A DNA stretch of 64,000 bases, from positions 3,813-67,812 of the forward strand of contig CALSMK010000011.1 in NCBI GenBank assembly GCA_943787435.1, given 5' to 3'. The position numbers and the translations under genes were made by a program. Within the stretch, counting starts at the first letter, position 1. Each line of letters opens with the position of its first letter. The stretch is from an uncultured Flavobacteriales bacterium. Lineage in GTDB: Bacteria > Bacteroidota > Bacteroidia > Flavobacteriales_D > Sanyastnellaceae. The notes below the pieces were generated by a model. It saw only the letters and a program-made list of their open reading frames with translations, did not search any database and was not told the origin of the DNA. Below, in pieces: positions 48,093 to 58,155 of the stretch.

Positions 48093-48838
48093 GAATGTGG
48101 TTTCAGGTGGTCCGCCCCCAAGACAGAAAGCAGGTGCGATTCAAGGGCAGTTTTGGCCTCGATTCTAGGCACTGAACGGCCACACTCGAGCTCCAGGGTC
48201 GTCACGCCGCGGTCTTGAATGCCGCAGGGCACGATGAGGTCAAAGAAGTCCAGGTCCGTGGAGACATTGAACGCCAAGCCGTGCATGGTCACCCAGCGGC
48301 TGCACTTGACTCCGATGGCACAAATCTTGCGCGCCTTCATCCCATCTTCAGGACGAACCCAAACGCCCGTGAGTCCATCAATCCTTCCTGCGTGGACCCC
48401 CCAATCGGAGCAGGTGCGCATGACGGCCTCTTCCAGCTGTCGCAGATACCACCCAATGTCGGTTCGGAATTGGTCCAGGTCCAGGACGGGATAGGCCACC
48501 AACTGCCCAGGACCGTGGTAGGTGATGTCTCCACCGCGGTTGATTTCATGGTATTCCACACCGAGGGCCTCAAGGCGCTCAGGGGAGGCGATCACATGGT
48601 TCGCATCACCGCTTTTGCCCAAAGTCAAAACGTGAGGGTGCTCGACAAACAGCAGGTGATGTTCGGGCCAAGGGTGATCGGGATCGACCTCCTCGGGCTG
48701 TCTGCCAGACTCGCTCAAGCCGGCCCTTCGCCTCGCAATTTTGCGGTCCACCGCCTCTTTGAGCAGGCGTTCCTGAAGGTCCCATGTGGGCTTATAGGCC
48801 GCATGGCCCAGGTCTTGAACGTGGACTTGAGGCCTCAT
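48089..48838 (-). CDS. lipB: lipoyl(octanoyl) transferase LipB
   Basis: [18 protein letters not shown] and ...KICAIGVK... are LipB motifs. ATGA overlaps occur at both ends. Confidence 0.9.
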   Translation of the reverse strand: MRPQVHVQDLGHAAYKPTWDLQERLLKEAVDRKIARRRAGLSESGRQPEEVDPDHPWPEHHLLFVEHPHVLTLGKSGDANHVIASPERLEALGVEYHEINRGGDITYHGPGQLVAYPVLDLDQFRTDIGWYLRQLEEAVMRTCSDWGVHAGRIDGLTGVWVRPEDGMKARKICAIGVKCSRWVTMHGLAFNVSTDLDFFDLIVPCGIQDRGVTTLELECGRSVPRIEAKTALESHLLSVLGADHLKPHS

Positions 48839-49830
48839 CCCATTTTGGCCAATTCCCCTTTGAGATACTCGATGTGTCGGATGTCAACGGGGTCCACACC
48901 TGTTTTCTCGGCCATCAGCAATGACAGCCAGTCTCCGAGGTGGACCAGGTGCATCCAGCGCTGCAAGCGCGTGGCGCCAATGGCACGGGCTTCTTCAACC
49001 GCGGCGCCGGCCTGGGCAAAGATGTCCTTGCACAAGCGCATTCTTTCGGCGGTACGGGGGTGGTCCTCCTCGGTGTGAAGGAAGAGGGCCGCGATGCTGT
49101 CGTCTCCACTTTCCCAGCCCACCAGTTCGTTGTGGTTCATCTCCGGAAAAACATGGTGATTGCAAAGCCGTTTGGCGTTTTCATTGAGCTGCTGACGCCA
49201 GCGGATCAAGACCGGCTCCAAGGCGGCATCTCCATATAGCATGGGGCTTTTGGTGTTCAACACGTCCGCCCATTGGCCAGCCAACGTCACAATGGATTCG
49301 CGGTGGTGGCGCAGGGCGTCGGCAGAAGCCTGCACGTCTTCTAAAACCTGCGCGGCATCATTGGGGGTGTGCCCCAATGCGGCGAAGTGGTGCAACAATC
49401 CGGTCACGGCCCATCCAAATTGTGAGCGGGGCGGGTGTCCTCCTGGAACAGTGAGCACAGGCCAGCCATGCTCAGCGGCCAGCTCAGCGAGTTGGCCTCC
49501 TGATGTGAGCGCCCGAATGTGGGCTCCCTTTTGGATGGCTGCGTGCAGGGCGGTGAGGGTTTCCTCTGTATTTCCGCTGTAGCTGCAGGCCAGCACGATG
49601 GTTTTTGGTCCGACCCACGAAGGGATGCGGTAGTCGTGTCCAGAAGCGATGGGCACACGGGCGGCTTCACCCAATAAGCCGGCCAAAAACCGGCCGCCAA
49701 TGCCCGATCCCCCCATGCCCAAAACAAGGATGTTGTGGTGCTCAGGTATGTCCATCATCAACGGCTGGGCCGCCATCGAGGAGGCTGCCGCAGAGAGTTG
49801 ATCTGGAAAGGAATCGATGAGTGTGCGCAT
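48835..49830 (-). CDS. SIS-domain bifunctional phosphoglucose/phosphomannose isomerase family protein
   Basis: [13 protein letters not shown] and [12 protein letters not shown] are SIS motifs. 331 aa. Confidence 0.8.
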   Translation of the reverse strand: MRTLIDSFPDQLSAAASSMAAQPLMMDIPEHHNILVLGMGGSGIGGRFLAGLLGEAARVPIASGHDYRIPSWVGPKTIVLACSYSGNTEETLTALHAAIQKGAHIRALTSGGQLAELAAEHGWPVLTVPGGHPPRSQFGWAVTGLLHHFAALGHTPNDAAQVLEDVQASADALRHHRESIVTLAGQWADVLNTKSPMLYGDAALEPVLIRWRQQLNENAKRLCNHHVFPEMNHNELVGWESGDDSIAALFLHTEEDHPRTAERMRLCKDIFAQAGAAVEEARAIGATRLQRWMHLVHLGDWLSLLMAEKTGVDPVDIRHIEYLKGELAKMG

Positions 49831-49907
49831 GATGCCGGTGTTCTCTGCTAATTTACTTCCGGGAAGACGTCCCGCGACAACCTAATTTCGCTGTGAATCA
49901 AGCCAAC

Positions 49908-51611
49908 ATGATCCGATCGGAACAGGAACGCATCAGACTGGAGAGCCTCCAGCAGCTCCGTCAATTGGGAATTGACCCCTACCCTGCCGCGGCATACCCC
50001 GTGGACACCCATGCTGCAGCATTGGCTGCGGACTTTGCTGAAGACCGCGAAGTCTGCCTTGCGGGCCGCATTCTCTCTCGCCGCATCATGGGAAAAGCCT
50101 CGTTTGCCGAGCTCCAAGATTCCAGCGGGCGCATTCAGATTTACCTCAATCGGGATGAACTCTGCCCGGACGAGGACAAGACCCAATACAACACCGTCTT
50201 CAAGAAGCTGCTCGACCGCGGCGACGTTGTGGGCATCAAGGGGACCACATTCACCACCCAAACGGGCGAGCCCAGCGTTTTGGTCAAAGAGCTCACCGTT
50301 TTGAGCAAGTCCATTCGGCCGCTGCCTTCCGTCAAGACCGATGACGAAGGCAACGTTCACGACGCCTTCACCGACCCTGAGCTGCGCTACCGCATGCGCT
50401 ATGTGGACCTGCTCGTGAACCCCCATGTAAAGAAGACCTTCGAGGCCAGAACCAAGGTCATTCAGGCCATTCGGGAAAGCTTCATGGAAAAGGGATGGCT
50501 CGAAGTGGACACCCCGGTGCTCCAGGCCATTCCGGGCGGTGCAGCGGCGCGTCCCTTCATGACCCACCACAACGCCTTGGACATTCCGTTGTATTTGCGG
50601 ATTGCCAATGAGCTTTACCTCAAGCGGCTCATTGTCGGAGGGTTCGATGGGGTTTTTGAGTTCTCTCGGAATTTCCGGAACGAGGGCATGGACCGCACGC
50701 ACAACCCCGAGTTCACCATCATGGAGCTGTACGTCGCCTACCAGGATTACCACTGGATGATGGAGACGATTGAAAATTTGCTGGGCCGCGTTTGCAAGGC
50801 GGTACACGGGTCTACGAAGACCACGCTGGCCGGCAAGGAAATCGACTTTACCCCTCCGTACCGCAAAGTGACCATGCGCGATGCGATTTTGGAGCACACC
50901 GGCGTCGACATCGACGGAATGGACGAGAAAGGCTTGCGGCAGGCCTGCGCCAACCTCGACATTGAGGTAGACGAAACCATGGGCAAAGGCAAGTTGATCG
51001 ACGAGATGTTTGGCGAGTGTTGCGAGGAGCACTATGTGCAGCCCACCTTCATCACGGACTACCCTGTTGAGATGTCGCCGCTTACCAAAGTGCACCGGGA
51101 CAAGCCCGGGTACACCGAGCGGTTCGAGCTCTTCATCAATGGCACGGAGATCGCCAACGCCTACTCTGAGCTCAATGACCCCATCGACCAGCGTGAGCGC
51201 TTCGAGGAGCAGGTAGCGCTTTCGGAACGCGGCGATGACGAAGCCATGTTCATCGACCAGGACTTCCTGCGCGCCTTGGAATATGGCATGCCCCCGACAA
51301 GCGGTGTGGGCATCGGCATCGATCGATTGGTGATGATGTTGACCGACCAAACCTCCATTCAGGAGGTGCTCTTCTTCCCACAAATGAGGCCTGAAGTGTT
51401 TCGCACAGGTCCCGACCTCAGCGCTTTGGAGGCGATGGGCGTCCCTTCAGATTGGGCTCCCCATGTGGCAGCGGCAGGTTTCGATACCCCCGAGGCGATT
51501 CAGGAGTCCAAGCCTGCGGCCTTGCGCGAAAAACTCAACGGTTTCCGCAAAAAGAACAAGCTCGACTTGCCCGCTTTGCAACTGGAAGAAGTAGAGTCTT
51601 GGGTGCAATGA
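49908..51611 (+). CDS. lysS: lysine--tRNA ligase (class II) with a ~70-aa C-terminal extension
   Basis: OB domain and class II motifs are present (FRNEG..., GIGIDRLVMMLT). The ATG at 49908 (MIRSEQERI...) is preferred over the ORF-track GTG at 49893. Confidence 0.95.
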   Translation: MIRSEQERIRLESLQQLRQLGIDPYPAAAYPVDTHAAALAADFAEDREVCLAGRILSRRIMGKASFAELQDSSGRIQIYLNRDELCPDEDKTQYNTVFKKLLDRGDVVGIKGTTFTTQTGEPSVLVKELTVLSKSIRPLPSVKTDDEGNVHDAFTDPELRYRMRYVDLLVNPHVKKTFEARTKVIQAIRESFMEKGWLEVDTPVLQAIPGGAAARPFMTHHNALDIPLYLRIANELYLKRLIVGGFDGVFEFSRNFRNEGMDRTHNPEFTIMELYVAYQDYHWMMETIENLLGRVCKAVHGSTKTTLAGKEIDFTPPYRKVTMRDAILEHTGVDIDGMDEKGLRQACANLDIEVDETMGKGKLIDEMFGECCEEHYVQPTFITDYPVEMSPLTKVHRDKPGYTERFELFINGTEIANAYSELNDPIDQRERFEEQVALSERGDDEAMFIDQDFLRALEYGMPPTSGVGIGIDRLVMMLTDQTSIQEVLFFPQMRPEVFRTGPDLSALEAMGVPSDWAPHVAAAGFDTPEAIQESKPAALREKLNGFRKKNKLDLPALQLEEVESWVQ

Positions 51612-52474
51612 GGCCAACGTCAAGACCCGCCGCGTTGCTTGCCTCCGCTGCGGTGGTGATGTGCATCTCGTTTTGGGGCTGCTCCTCTCCGAATGCCCCG
51701 GTCATAGGGCATTCAGAAGGCACACAGAGGGACAGCATCACCGTGGTCTTGTCCAAATATTACAGCAGCCAGAACTACCGGAAGTGGCTCGGCCGGCTTC
51801 ACCATTCTCAAGGGCTTTCGCCACTTCGGTTCTTCCAGGCTTATGGGGCAAGTGAAGGTGTGCTGAATCAAGAGTTGAGCCGCGCCAGCGCTGTGGTTCT
51901 CACCGGTGGAGAAGACATTCACCCTGCGCGATACAATCAAGCAGCGGACACGGTGCGTTGTGGTCGAATTGACCCCGAGCGAGACCGTGTGGAACACGTG
52001 CTGTTGGATCACGTCCTCTCGACGGGAGTGCCCTGTCTGGGGGTTTGTCGGGGACTACAAATCATGAATGTTCATGGCGGAGGCTCCTTGATGCCGCACT
52101 TGCCTGATGAGGGCCATTTGATGCACAGAGGGGGGCAACCGGGTCAAACTTCGGACACCCTTCACCCGGTTGAGGTCATGGCGCCATGGGCTTCAGGTCC
52201 GACCTCCTTTTCGAAGGGCGATCAGGCGTCGGTGGTGAGCCATCACCACCAAGGAATTGGGCGGCTTGCGGCATCTTTTGAGGCATGGGCCAAGTCTCCG
52301 GACGGGTTGATTGAGGGGATCCGCCATTCGGATACATTGTCCCTTCCTTTTTTGGTTGGGGTTCAATGGCATCCTGAGCGTTCTGATTCAGGATTGACCC
52401 TCACCGATGGATTAGGTCTGGCCTTGCTGGCGGCCATCGAGGACGGGACCGCCGAAGGAAAGGGGCCTCACTGA
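51608..52474 (+). CDS. class I glutamine amidotransferase-like, peptidase C26 / gamma-glutamyl-GABA hydrolase family lipoprotein
   Basis: Lipobox VMCISFWGCSS. The motifs LTGGEDIHP, GVCRGLQIMN, HHHQG and GVQWHPE are present. There is an ATGA overlap with the lysS stop. Confidence 0.85.
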   Translation: MRPTSRPAALLASAAVVMCISFWGCSSPNAPVIGHSEGTQRDSITVVLSKYYSSQNYRKWLGRLHHSQGLSPLRFFQAYGASEGVLNQELSRASAVVLTGGEDIHPARYNQAADTVRCGRIDPERDRVEHVLLDHVLSTGVPCLGVCRGLQIMNVHGGGSLMPHLPDEGHLMHRGGQPGQTSDTLHPVEVMAPWASGPTSFSKGDQASVVSHHHQGIGRLAASFEAWAKSPDGLIEGIRHSDTLSLPFLVGVQWHPERSDSGLTLTDGLGLALLAAIEDGTAEGKGPH

Positions 52475-53760
52475 GACAGGTTCGACGCCAGTTGTGGCGT
52501 CTGTGCTCCGCTCATCCGGGCCATTTCTTGAAGCCACATGTCCACCCTTTGGGCAAAAGCCTCCGTATGATCATCGTGAATGGGGGTGGACGGAGGGAAT
52601 TCTTCGCGCAGGTGGTCCACCTGCTGTCCGTTCTTCCAAAACCGAAAGCACACGTGAGGACCCGTGGCCAGTCCTGTGCTGCCCACGTAACCGATGACAT
52701 CTCCTTGTCGAACCGCCTGTCCTTCTTTGACTTTGCGGCGGCTCATGTGGAGGTACTGGGTGGTATAGGTAGCATTGTGCCGGATTTTGACATACTTCCC
52801 GTTCCCCTTGGTGTAGCTTGATTTGATGACCACGCCGTCTCCCACAGCGATGATGGGCGTGCCCTTTGCTGCGGCATAGTCCGTTCCAAGGTGCGCCTTG
52901 ACCTTGTTCAATACAGGATGAAGCCTGCGCTTATTGAAGCGGCTGGAAATCCGGCTGAACTCAACGGGGGCTTTCAAAAAGGCCTTTCGAAGGCTGGCTC
53001 CGTTTTCATCAAAATGGTCCACGCCGTCTCCTTGATCAAAGGCAAAAGCGGGGAAGTTGCGTCCTCTGTGAATGAACTCCGAAGACAGCACCCGCGGCAT
53101 TCCGACCGGTTGGTCATCCACCCAATCTCGTTCGTACAAGATTTGAAAGCGGTCACCCTTTTGAATCCGGCTAAAGTCAATGGTCCAAGCGTAAACTTGG
53201 GCCGTGGCCAGGGCCAAAGTGGTGGAGTGCCCCGCGTCTTCGAGGGTTTGAGACAAGCTGCTGTTCACCTCGCCTTCGATGAACCGGCGGCGTGTTTGCG
53301 AAGGAAACTTTCCGCGACGGGCTCCACCGGCTTCCGAGAGGTCAAAAACCACATACTCCTTGGCGGTGATGGTGTAAGCGAAGAAGCGCGGTTCCCCGTC
53401 TGGAGTATGGAACAAATGCCACTCTTTTCCTGGCCGCATGCGCCGCACATCAAAGGTCTCTTTGTCTACAGTTGCAATGCGGTGAAGGGTTTGTCCGCTG
53501 ACGCCCAAGGGAGAAAGCACGTGAGACAAACTCTGGCCCTTCCTTACCTGACCTGACGTTACCTCAAAGTTCTCTTCTCGGCTCATTGCGAACCGATCCA
53601 TCTGTTTTTCTGTGCGGGACAGAACTGCGGGAGCCGCCAATTCTATTTGGGCATTGGCCATCAGCGAGGCCGAATTTGTTCCCACTTCCGGACCCCCACA
53701 TCCCCACAGGGAGAGGGAGAGGAGGCCAAAGAAGAAAAGAGAACCTGAGGGAGTGCGCAT
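52468..53760 (-). CDS. M23 family peptidoglycan metalloendopeptidase
   Basis: HLGTDYAA...GKYVKIRH...GSTGLATGPHVCF is an M23 signature, preceded by a signal peptide. Confidence 0.85.
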   Translation of the reverse strand: MRTPSGSLFFFGLLSLSLWGCGGPEVGTNSASLMANAQIELAAPAVLSRTEKQMDRFAMSREENFEVTSGQVRKGQSLSHVLSPLGVSGQTLHRIATVDKETFDVRRMRPGKEWHLFHTPDGEPRFFAYTITAKEYVVFDLSEAGGARRGKFPSQTRRRFIEGEVNSSLSQTLEDAGHSTTLALATAQVYAWTIDFSRIQKGDRFQILYERDWVDDQPVGMPRVLSSEFIHRGRNFPAFAFDQGDGVDHFDENGASLRKAFLKAPVEFSRISSRFNKRRLHPVLNKVKAHLGTDYAAAKGTPIIAVGDGVVIKSSYTKGNGKYVKIRHNATYTTQYLHMSRRKVKEGQAVRQGDVIGYVGSTGLATGPHVCFRFWKNGQQVDHLREEFPPSTPIHDDHTEAFAQRVDMWLQEMARMSGAQTPQLASNLSQ

Positions 53761-53852
53761 GAATCGAAGTGGAGAAGCAATTTGCCTCTCCTCTCTTACC
53801 CAACGGACGGCAGGTCAAAAAGTTTTGCCGTCGTGGGGCTTTAACGTCTCCG

Positions 53853-54845
53853 TTATGACTTGGATGTGGGGCTGGTGTGGTGGGTGACGTGCGTCAAGAC
53901 CCATTTTTTCCCCCAGTCGGACTTCTCTTGATCGGTCCACAGCTCCGGGAAAAAGATCAAGGACTGAAAACGCGGAGGCAGGTATTGCTGCCAATTGGTC
54001 CCTCCTGTGGCGGCAATGTCCACGGGGTTGGACTGCAAGTGGCGAACGGCGCTCCTGTAGTGAGACAATGGCCAGTGCACATTCACCAGTTCGTCCAAGT
54101 TTCGCAGGGCCTCTTTGAGGGCGTCTGTTTGCTCGCCTTCGGGCAGACCGAGCCACTTCTTTCGGAGGTTGGTGTAGAATCGATTCTCTGCAAAATCCAC
54201 AATCTTGCCTCGGTACTTGGCCTCGAACTGTTTCAAGGTCAAAGTGGGTTCCCCCGTGGCCAATTCGGTGGCCCCCCTCCGCCAATACAGGGCATCGAAC
54301 ATCTCCTCGATGTCGTCCAGACCATGTCCGGCGTGGTTGTCGCGCAACTCTTGATGGACCAGTCTGTCCATCGATGTGCAGGCGATCTCCACGAGTCGGT
54401 ATTGGACGCTCTGAAAACCACTTGAGGGCAAGAGGGACATTCTGAACTTCAGAAATTGACCGCGGTCCAAGCCGTCGACCATGATGTCGAAACTGGAAAC
54501 GAGGTTCTCGAAGTACCGATTGACGCGGGTCACTTTCGTCAACATGGAAGAGGCGTCCATGTCCACCGCTTCGTGAATTTGCCTCAATTCATGCAGAGAC
54601 AGCTTGAAATAAAGCTCTGTGATTTGGTGGTACGTGATGAAAATTTCCTCGTCCGGAAAGGGGGTCACCGGGTGCTGCAGGCTCAGCAAAGTATCGAGGT
54701 TCACATAGTCCCAATAGGTGGGGAAATCTGCGTGAAGGAGACCGTCCAAATAAGAAACAAGGTCTTGCCCCATGGCAGCATACTTGTCACGAAGGAGCCC
54801 AAGCCTTTCGAGTACACCAGAGTCAAACGCGTCGTGATTGGCCAT
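53853..54845 (-). CDS. kynA: tryptophan 2,3-dioxygenase
   Basis: LDTLLSLQHP...DEEIFITYHQITELYFKL is a TDO signature. The ATG at 54845 avoids overlap with the upstream gene. Confidence 0.85.
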   Translation of the reverse strand: MANHDAFDSGVLERLGLLRDKYAAMGQDLVSYLDGLLHADFPTYWDYVNLDTLLSLQHPVTPFPDEEIFITYHQITELYFKLSLHELRQIHEAVDMDASSMLTKVTRVNRYFENLVSSFDIMVDGLDRGQFLKFRMSLLPSSGFQSVQYRLVEIACTSMDRLVHQELRDNHAGHGLDDIEEMFDALYWRRGATELATGEPTLTLKQFEAKYRGKIVDFAENRFYTNLRKKWLGLPEGEQTDALKEALRNLDELVNVHWPLSHYRSAVRHLQSNPVDIAATGGTNWQQYLPPRFQSLIFFPELWTDQEKSDWGKKWVLTHVTHHTSPTSKS

Positions 54846-54855
54846 GGAGCGCAAG

Positions 54856-55722
54856 TTAGTGCCCGATGGCACCCGCAGAAACGGCCCCTTGAGTATCGGC
54901 GCTTTCATCGGCCTCGAGTTCAAGGCGAATGGAGCCGATCAACAGGTCCGATGTCACCAAAACCGGGATTCGGCGGCTGTCCGCGCTCACATGAACGGTT
55001 AGGTCGCTGTCGGATTTCCAAATCCTGCCTTTTTGAACCACAGGCGAAAAACTCCAGCAATCGAATTCTCCCGATTTCACCTTCACGTTTCCGCGGCCAG
55101 TGAGGCGGGCCCTGAGCGGGTGAATCTTTCCATCGATGAGGGTGGGGATCTCGATGAGGTCGCCCACGTCCATTTGCTCGATGGGAAGGTTTCGTGCGTA
55201 ATAGAATGCGGAAACCAAGTCCTGGCAAAAGGCGGGCAATGCATGGTGGCTCACCCGATCATCTTGTGTGGTGGTGGAGGTTCTTCGCTTGGCATCGAAG
55301 GCGATGTCCCGTTCCAAGCGATAGCCACCTTCTCGGACGCGCCGAATGAAATGGTGGGGAAACAGCCCAGCTTGGTCGATGTGGGTCTCGTAGTGGTCCC
55401 GAACCTTAAAGGCCCAGTCAAATGCGCGAAGGCTTCGGCCGGTTCCCACCACCCGCCACGTGGGGCGGCCATCGTAATCTGGTCCGGCTTCAACATGCAG
55501 CCTTGCTTTGCCGGCTTCGATGAAACCATAGCGGACGCTGTAGTGAAGGTCTTCTCCGTGAAAGTTGGCCACAGGGGGCAAGCTGCGAAGCTCCAATTGT
55601 GGTCTGCTCGCCGCGGAGTCCAGAGAAATTTGCGCAGGTCTTTTGCTCTTTTTGCCTGCCTTTTGGCACAGTGCCACGGGTGTGGACATCAGAAAAAGAG
55701 AGAGCAACAAGAACAGGCGCAT
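54856..55722 (-). CDS. DUF3108 domain protein (secreted)
   Basis: LHYSVRYGFIEAGKARLHV...FKVRDHYETHIDQAGLFPHHFIRRVREGGY matches my recollection of DUF3108. The signal peptide starts at ATG 55722. Confidence 0.7.
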   Translation of the reverse strand: MRLFLLLSLFLMSTPVALCQKAGKKSKRPAQISLDSAASRPQLELRSLPPVANFHGEDLHYSVRYGFIEAGKARLHVEAGPDYDGRPTWRVVGTGRSLRAFDWAFKVRDHYETHIDQAGLFPHHFIRRVREGGYRLERDIAFDAKRRTSTTTQDDRVSHHALPAFCQDLVSAFYYARNLPIEQMDVGDLIEIPTLIDGKIHPLRARLTGRGNVKVKSGEFDCWSFSPVVQKGRIWKSDSDLTVHVSADSRRIPVLVTSDLLIGSIRLELEADESADTQGAVSAGAIGH

Positions 55723-55759
55723 GCCCACACGGAGCAAATTCAGTGCCGAAGTTTGCCGA

Positions 55760-56194
55760 TCAGGCCCGAAAGTGGGCAACGCACTTCAATTCGATGGCGA
55801 TTGGAGTGGGCAAAGCGCCCACTTCCATGGTCGTCCTGCATGGGCGAAGGTCGGCATCAACATGCTCGAAATGCTCGCGGTATACCCGGTTGAACGTGGT
55901 GAAATCGCGCTGCATGTCGGTCAGGAAAACGGTGATGTCCACCAAGTCTTCCCACTGTGCACCCTCAGACTCGAGAATGGCCCGGACGTTGGCCAGAACG
56001 CCCCTCGCTTGTGCCTCGAAGTCAAAGTCGGTGAAGTTGCCGTTGTGGTCTTGTTTCAATCCGGGCACACCCTCGTCGTGGGCGCCACTTCCCGGAATTC
56101 GGGGGCCAACACCACTCAGAAACAACAAATCCCCGACGCGACGGGTCAAGGGGTACATGCCAACGGGCTTGGGCGCGGATGCGGAGTCACTCAT
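55760..56194 (-). CDS. RidA/YjgF family protein
   Basis: VGDLLFLSG...ITVFLTDM...R.TMEV..LP is a RidA pattern. The ATG at 56194 is preferred; the ORF-track start is TTG at 56236. Confidence 0.85.
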   Translation of the reverse strand: MSDSASAPKPVGMYPLTRRVGDLLFLSGVGPRIPGSGAHDEGVPGLKQDHNGNFTDFDFEAQARGVLANVRAILESEGAQWEDLVDITVFLTDMQRDFTTFNRVYREHFEHVDADLRPCRTTMEVGALPTPIAIELKCVAHFRA

Positions 56195-56232
56195 GGTGCC
56201 TGATTTGGGGTTGTAGTGGAGGGGTGCAGGGG

Positions 56233-56838
56233 TCAACCATGCATGGTTTCTTTTTTGCCATACCTCTGGATGACAGCGGCTTCATGGGCCAGGAATGCTT
56301 GCCAGCGGGCTTCGACATCGACGTCTCCTCCATATCGTCTGGCAAACCCAATGAATGTGGTGTAATGCTGGGCCTCGCTGACCATCAGCTCGTGGTAAAA
56401 CACCTTCAAGTCTTCGTCTTCGATGCGCTCGGACAGCATTCGGAAACGCTCGCAACTGCGCGCCTCAATCATGGCTGCGAGCAACAGCCGATCCACGAGT
56501 TGTGCCTCTTTGCTTCCACCTTTGATGATGAAAGACGCCAGGTCATGGATGTAGGGGTCCTTGCGCTCTGGCCCGAGGGTCCAGCCGCGCTCTTTGATTT
56601 TCTCGACCACCATCCCGAAGTGCTCCATCTCTTCGATGGCAATTCGGGTGAGCTCCTCGACGAGGTCTGTGTGACCGGGGAATCGCACAATGGTTGAAAT
56701 GGCGTTGGAAGCGGCCTTTTGTTCGCACCAAGCATGGTCGGTCAGGACCTCGGAGATGTTGCCTTCAACCAAGGCCACCCAACGGGGGTCGGTGGGGAGT
56801 TTGAGCCCAAGCATCACACTTTCAGATCCTTTGGACAT
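56233..56838 (-). CDS. miaE: tRNA-(ms2io6A37)-hydroxylase MiaE (diiron)
   Basis: LTDHAWCEQKAA and EEMEHF are ferritin-like diiron motifs, and PTDPRW occurs near the N-terminus. Confidence 0.85.
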   Translation of the reverse strand: MSKGSESVMLGLKLPTDPRWVALVEGNISEVLTDHAWCEQKAASNAISTIVRFPGHTDLVEELTRIAIEEMEHFGMVVEKIKERGWTLGPERKDPYIHDLASFIIKGGSKEAQLVDRLLLAAMIEARSCERFRMLSERIEDEDLKVFYHELMVSEAQHYTTFIGFARRYGGDVDVEARWQAFLAHEAAVIQRYGKKETMHG

Positions 56839-56841
56839 GGC

Positions 56842-58134
56842 TCAGTCGTTCATGGCGTCTTCAATGGCCTCGGCATCCAAGGGGATGTCGCCCATGAGGT
56901 CGTCAAAGCCTTGGTCACGGACCACGATGTCATTTTCCAACCGGATGCCCAAGCCCTCCTCTTGGATGTAAATGCCGGGTTCCACCGTGAAGATGTGACC
57001 CGCCTGAATGGGTTCGTGCCACAAGCCCACGTCATGGACATCCAACCCGATGAAGTGGGACGTGCCGTGCATGAAATACTTCTTGTAGGCTGGCCAGGCG
57101 GGGTTTTGCTTCTGCACGTCGTGCTTGTCAATCAGGCCCAGACCCAAGAGCTGTGCGGTCATCAATTGGCCCACCTCCTTGTGGTATTCGTGCAAACTCA
57201 CCCCGGGGCGCAGCAGCTTTGTGGCATCGCGCATGACACTCAGTACTGCATCATACACCTTGCGTTGGCGGTCGGTGAACCTTCCGGAAACGGGAATGCA
57301 GCGGGTCATATCGCTGGCATAATTGCCATATTCAGCGCCCACATCCATGAGCAAAACATCTCCGTCTTTGCAGACGTCGCTGTTCTCGATGTAATGGAGA
57401 ACGCAAGCATTCGCGCCACTGGCCACAATGGGGGTGTAAGCAAAACCGCGAGAGCCTTTCCGCACAAATTCGTGCAGGTATTCCGCCTCGACTTCAAACT
57501 CGGTCACCCCCGGCTTCACAAAACGCATCACCCGGTTGAAACCGTCCCGAGTGATTCCACAAGCGTGCCTCATCCGTTCGATTTCCTCTTCGGACTTCAC
57601 GCTTCTTGTGCGATGTAAAATGGGTGCGCTGCGTTCAATCCGTGTGTGCGGATAGGTCTCCGTGAACCAGCGGTTGAATCGCGCTTCGCGCGTTTCGACC
57701 ACCACAGAGGCTCGGGTGTGCTCGTTTTGATGCAAGTAGCAGCAGCTGCTTTCCGTGACCAAGCGTTGAAGGGTCTTTTCCAGCAGGGAAACCCACTGGA
57801 TTTGGCGCACCCCAGTTTGGTTGGTGGCTTGTGCTTTGGTGAGTTTGGCCCCCTCCCAAATGGCGATTTCTGCGTTGGTTTCTGTCACAAACAGGATTTC
57901 GCGATCCGCCGGGTTGTGGGCATCTGGAAACAACAGAAGAACGGTTTCTTCTTGGTCTACACCCGTCAGGTGCAACATGTTGGAGTCCTGTCTAAAGGGC
58001 AGGGTTCCATCTGCACCGGTGGGGTAAATGTCGTTGGAGCTGAACAAGGCCATACCGCCAGGGGCCATGGCATCGGCAAAAGCTTTGCGGTTGCGGATGT
58101 AGTTGTCAGCTGAAAGGGAAGGGTATCGCAACAT
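56842..58134 (-). CDS. pepP: Xaa-Pro aminopeptidase (M24B family)
   Basis: LLMDVGAEYGNYASDMTR, HGTSHFIGLDVHD and VEPGIY are M24B metal-ligand blocks. Confidence 0.85.
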   Translation of the reverse strand: MLRYPSLSADNYIRNRKAFADAMAPGGMALFSSNDIYPTGADGTLPFRQDSNMLHLTGVDQEETVLLLFPDAHNPADREILFVTETNAEIAIWEGAKLTKAQATNQTGVRQIQWVSLLEKTLQRLVTESSCCYLHQNEHTRASVVVETREARFNRWFTETYPHTRIERSAPILHRTRSVKSEEEIERMRHACGITRDGFNRVMRFVKPGVTEFEVEAEYLHEFVRKGSRGFAYTPIVASGANACVLHYIENSDVCKDGDVLLMDVGAEYGNYASDMTRCIPVSGRFTDRQRKVYDAVLSVMRDATKLLRPGVSLHEYHKEVGQLMTAQLLGLGLIDKHDVQKQNPAWPAYKKYFMHGTSHFIGLDVHDVGLWHEPIQAGHIFTVEPGIYIQEEGLGIRLENDIVVRDQGFDDLMGDIPLDAEAIEDAMND

Positions 58135-58155
58135 GTGCCCCGAAATTACGGAACG

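Noticed and set aside
49848-51383. 511-aa ORF antisense to lysS
   Set aside because: It sits exactly opposite a confidently identified lysS. The product is Gly/Val/His/Arg-rich with no motif. This is a typical shadow ORF in GC-rich coding DNA.
53806-53832. 7-bp stem (gacggca ... tgccgtc) downstream of kynA as a terminator
   Set aside because: It has a 13-nt loop and no T tract on the transcribed strand. The evidence is insufficient to list it as a feature.
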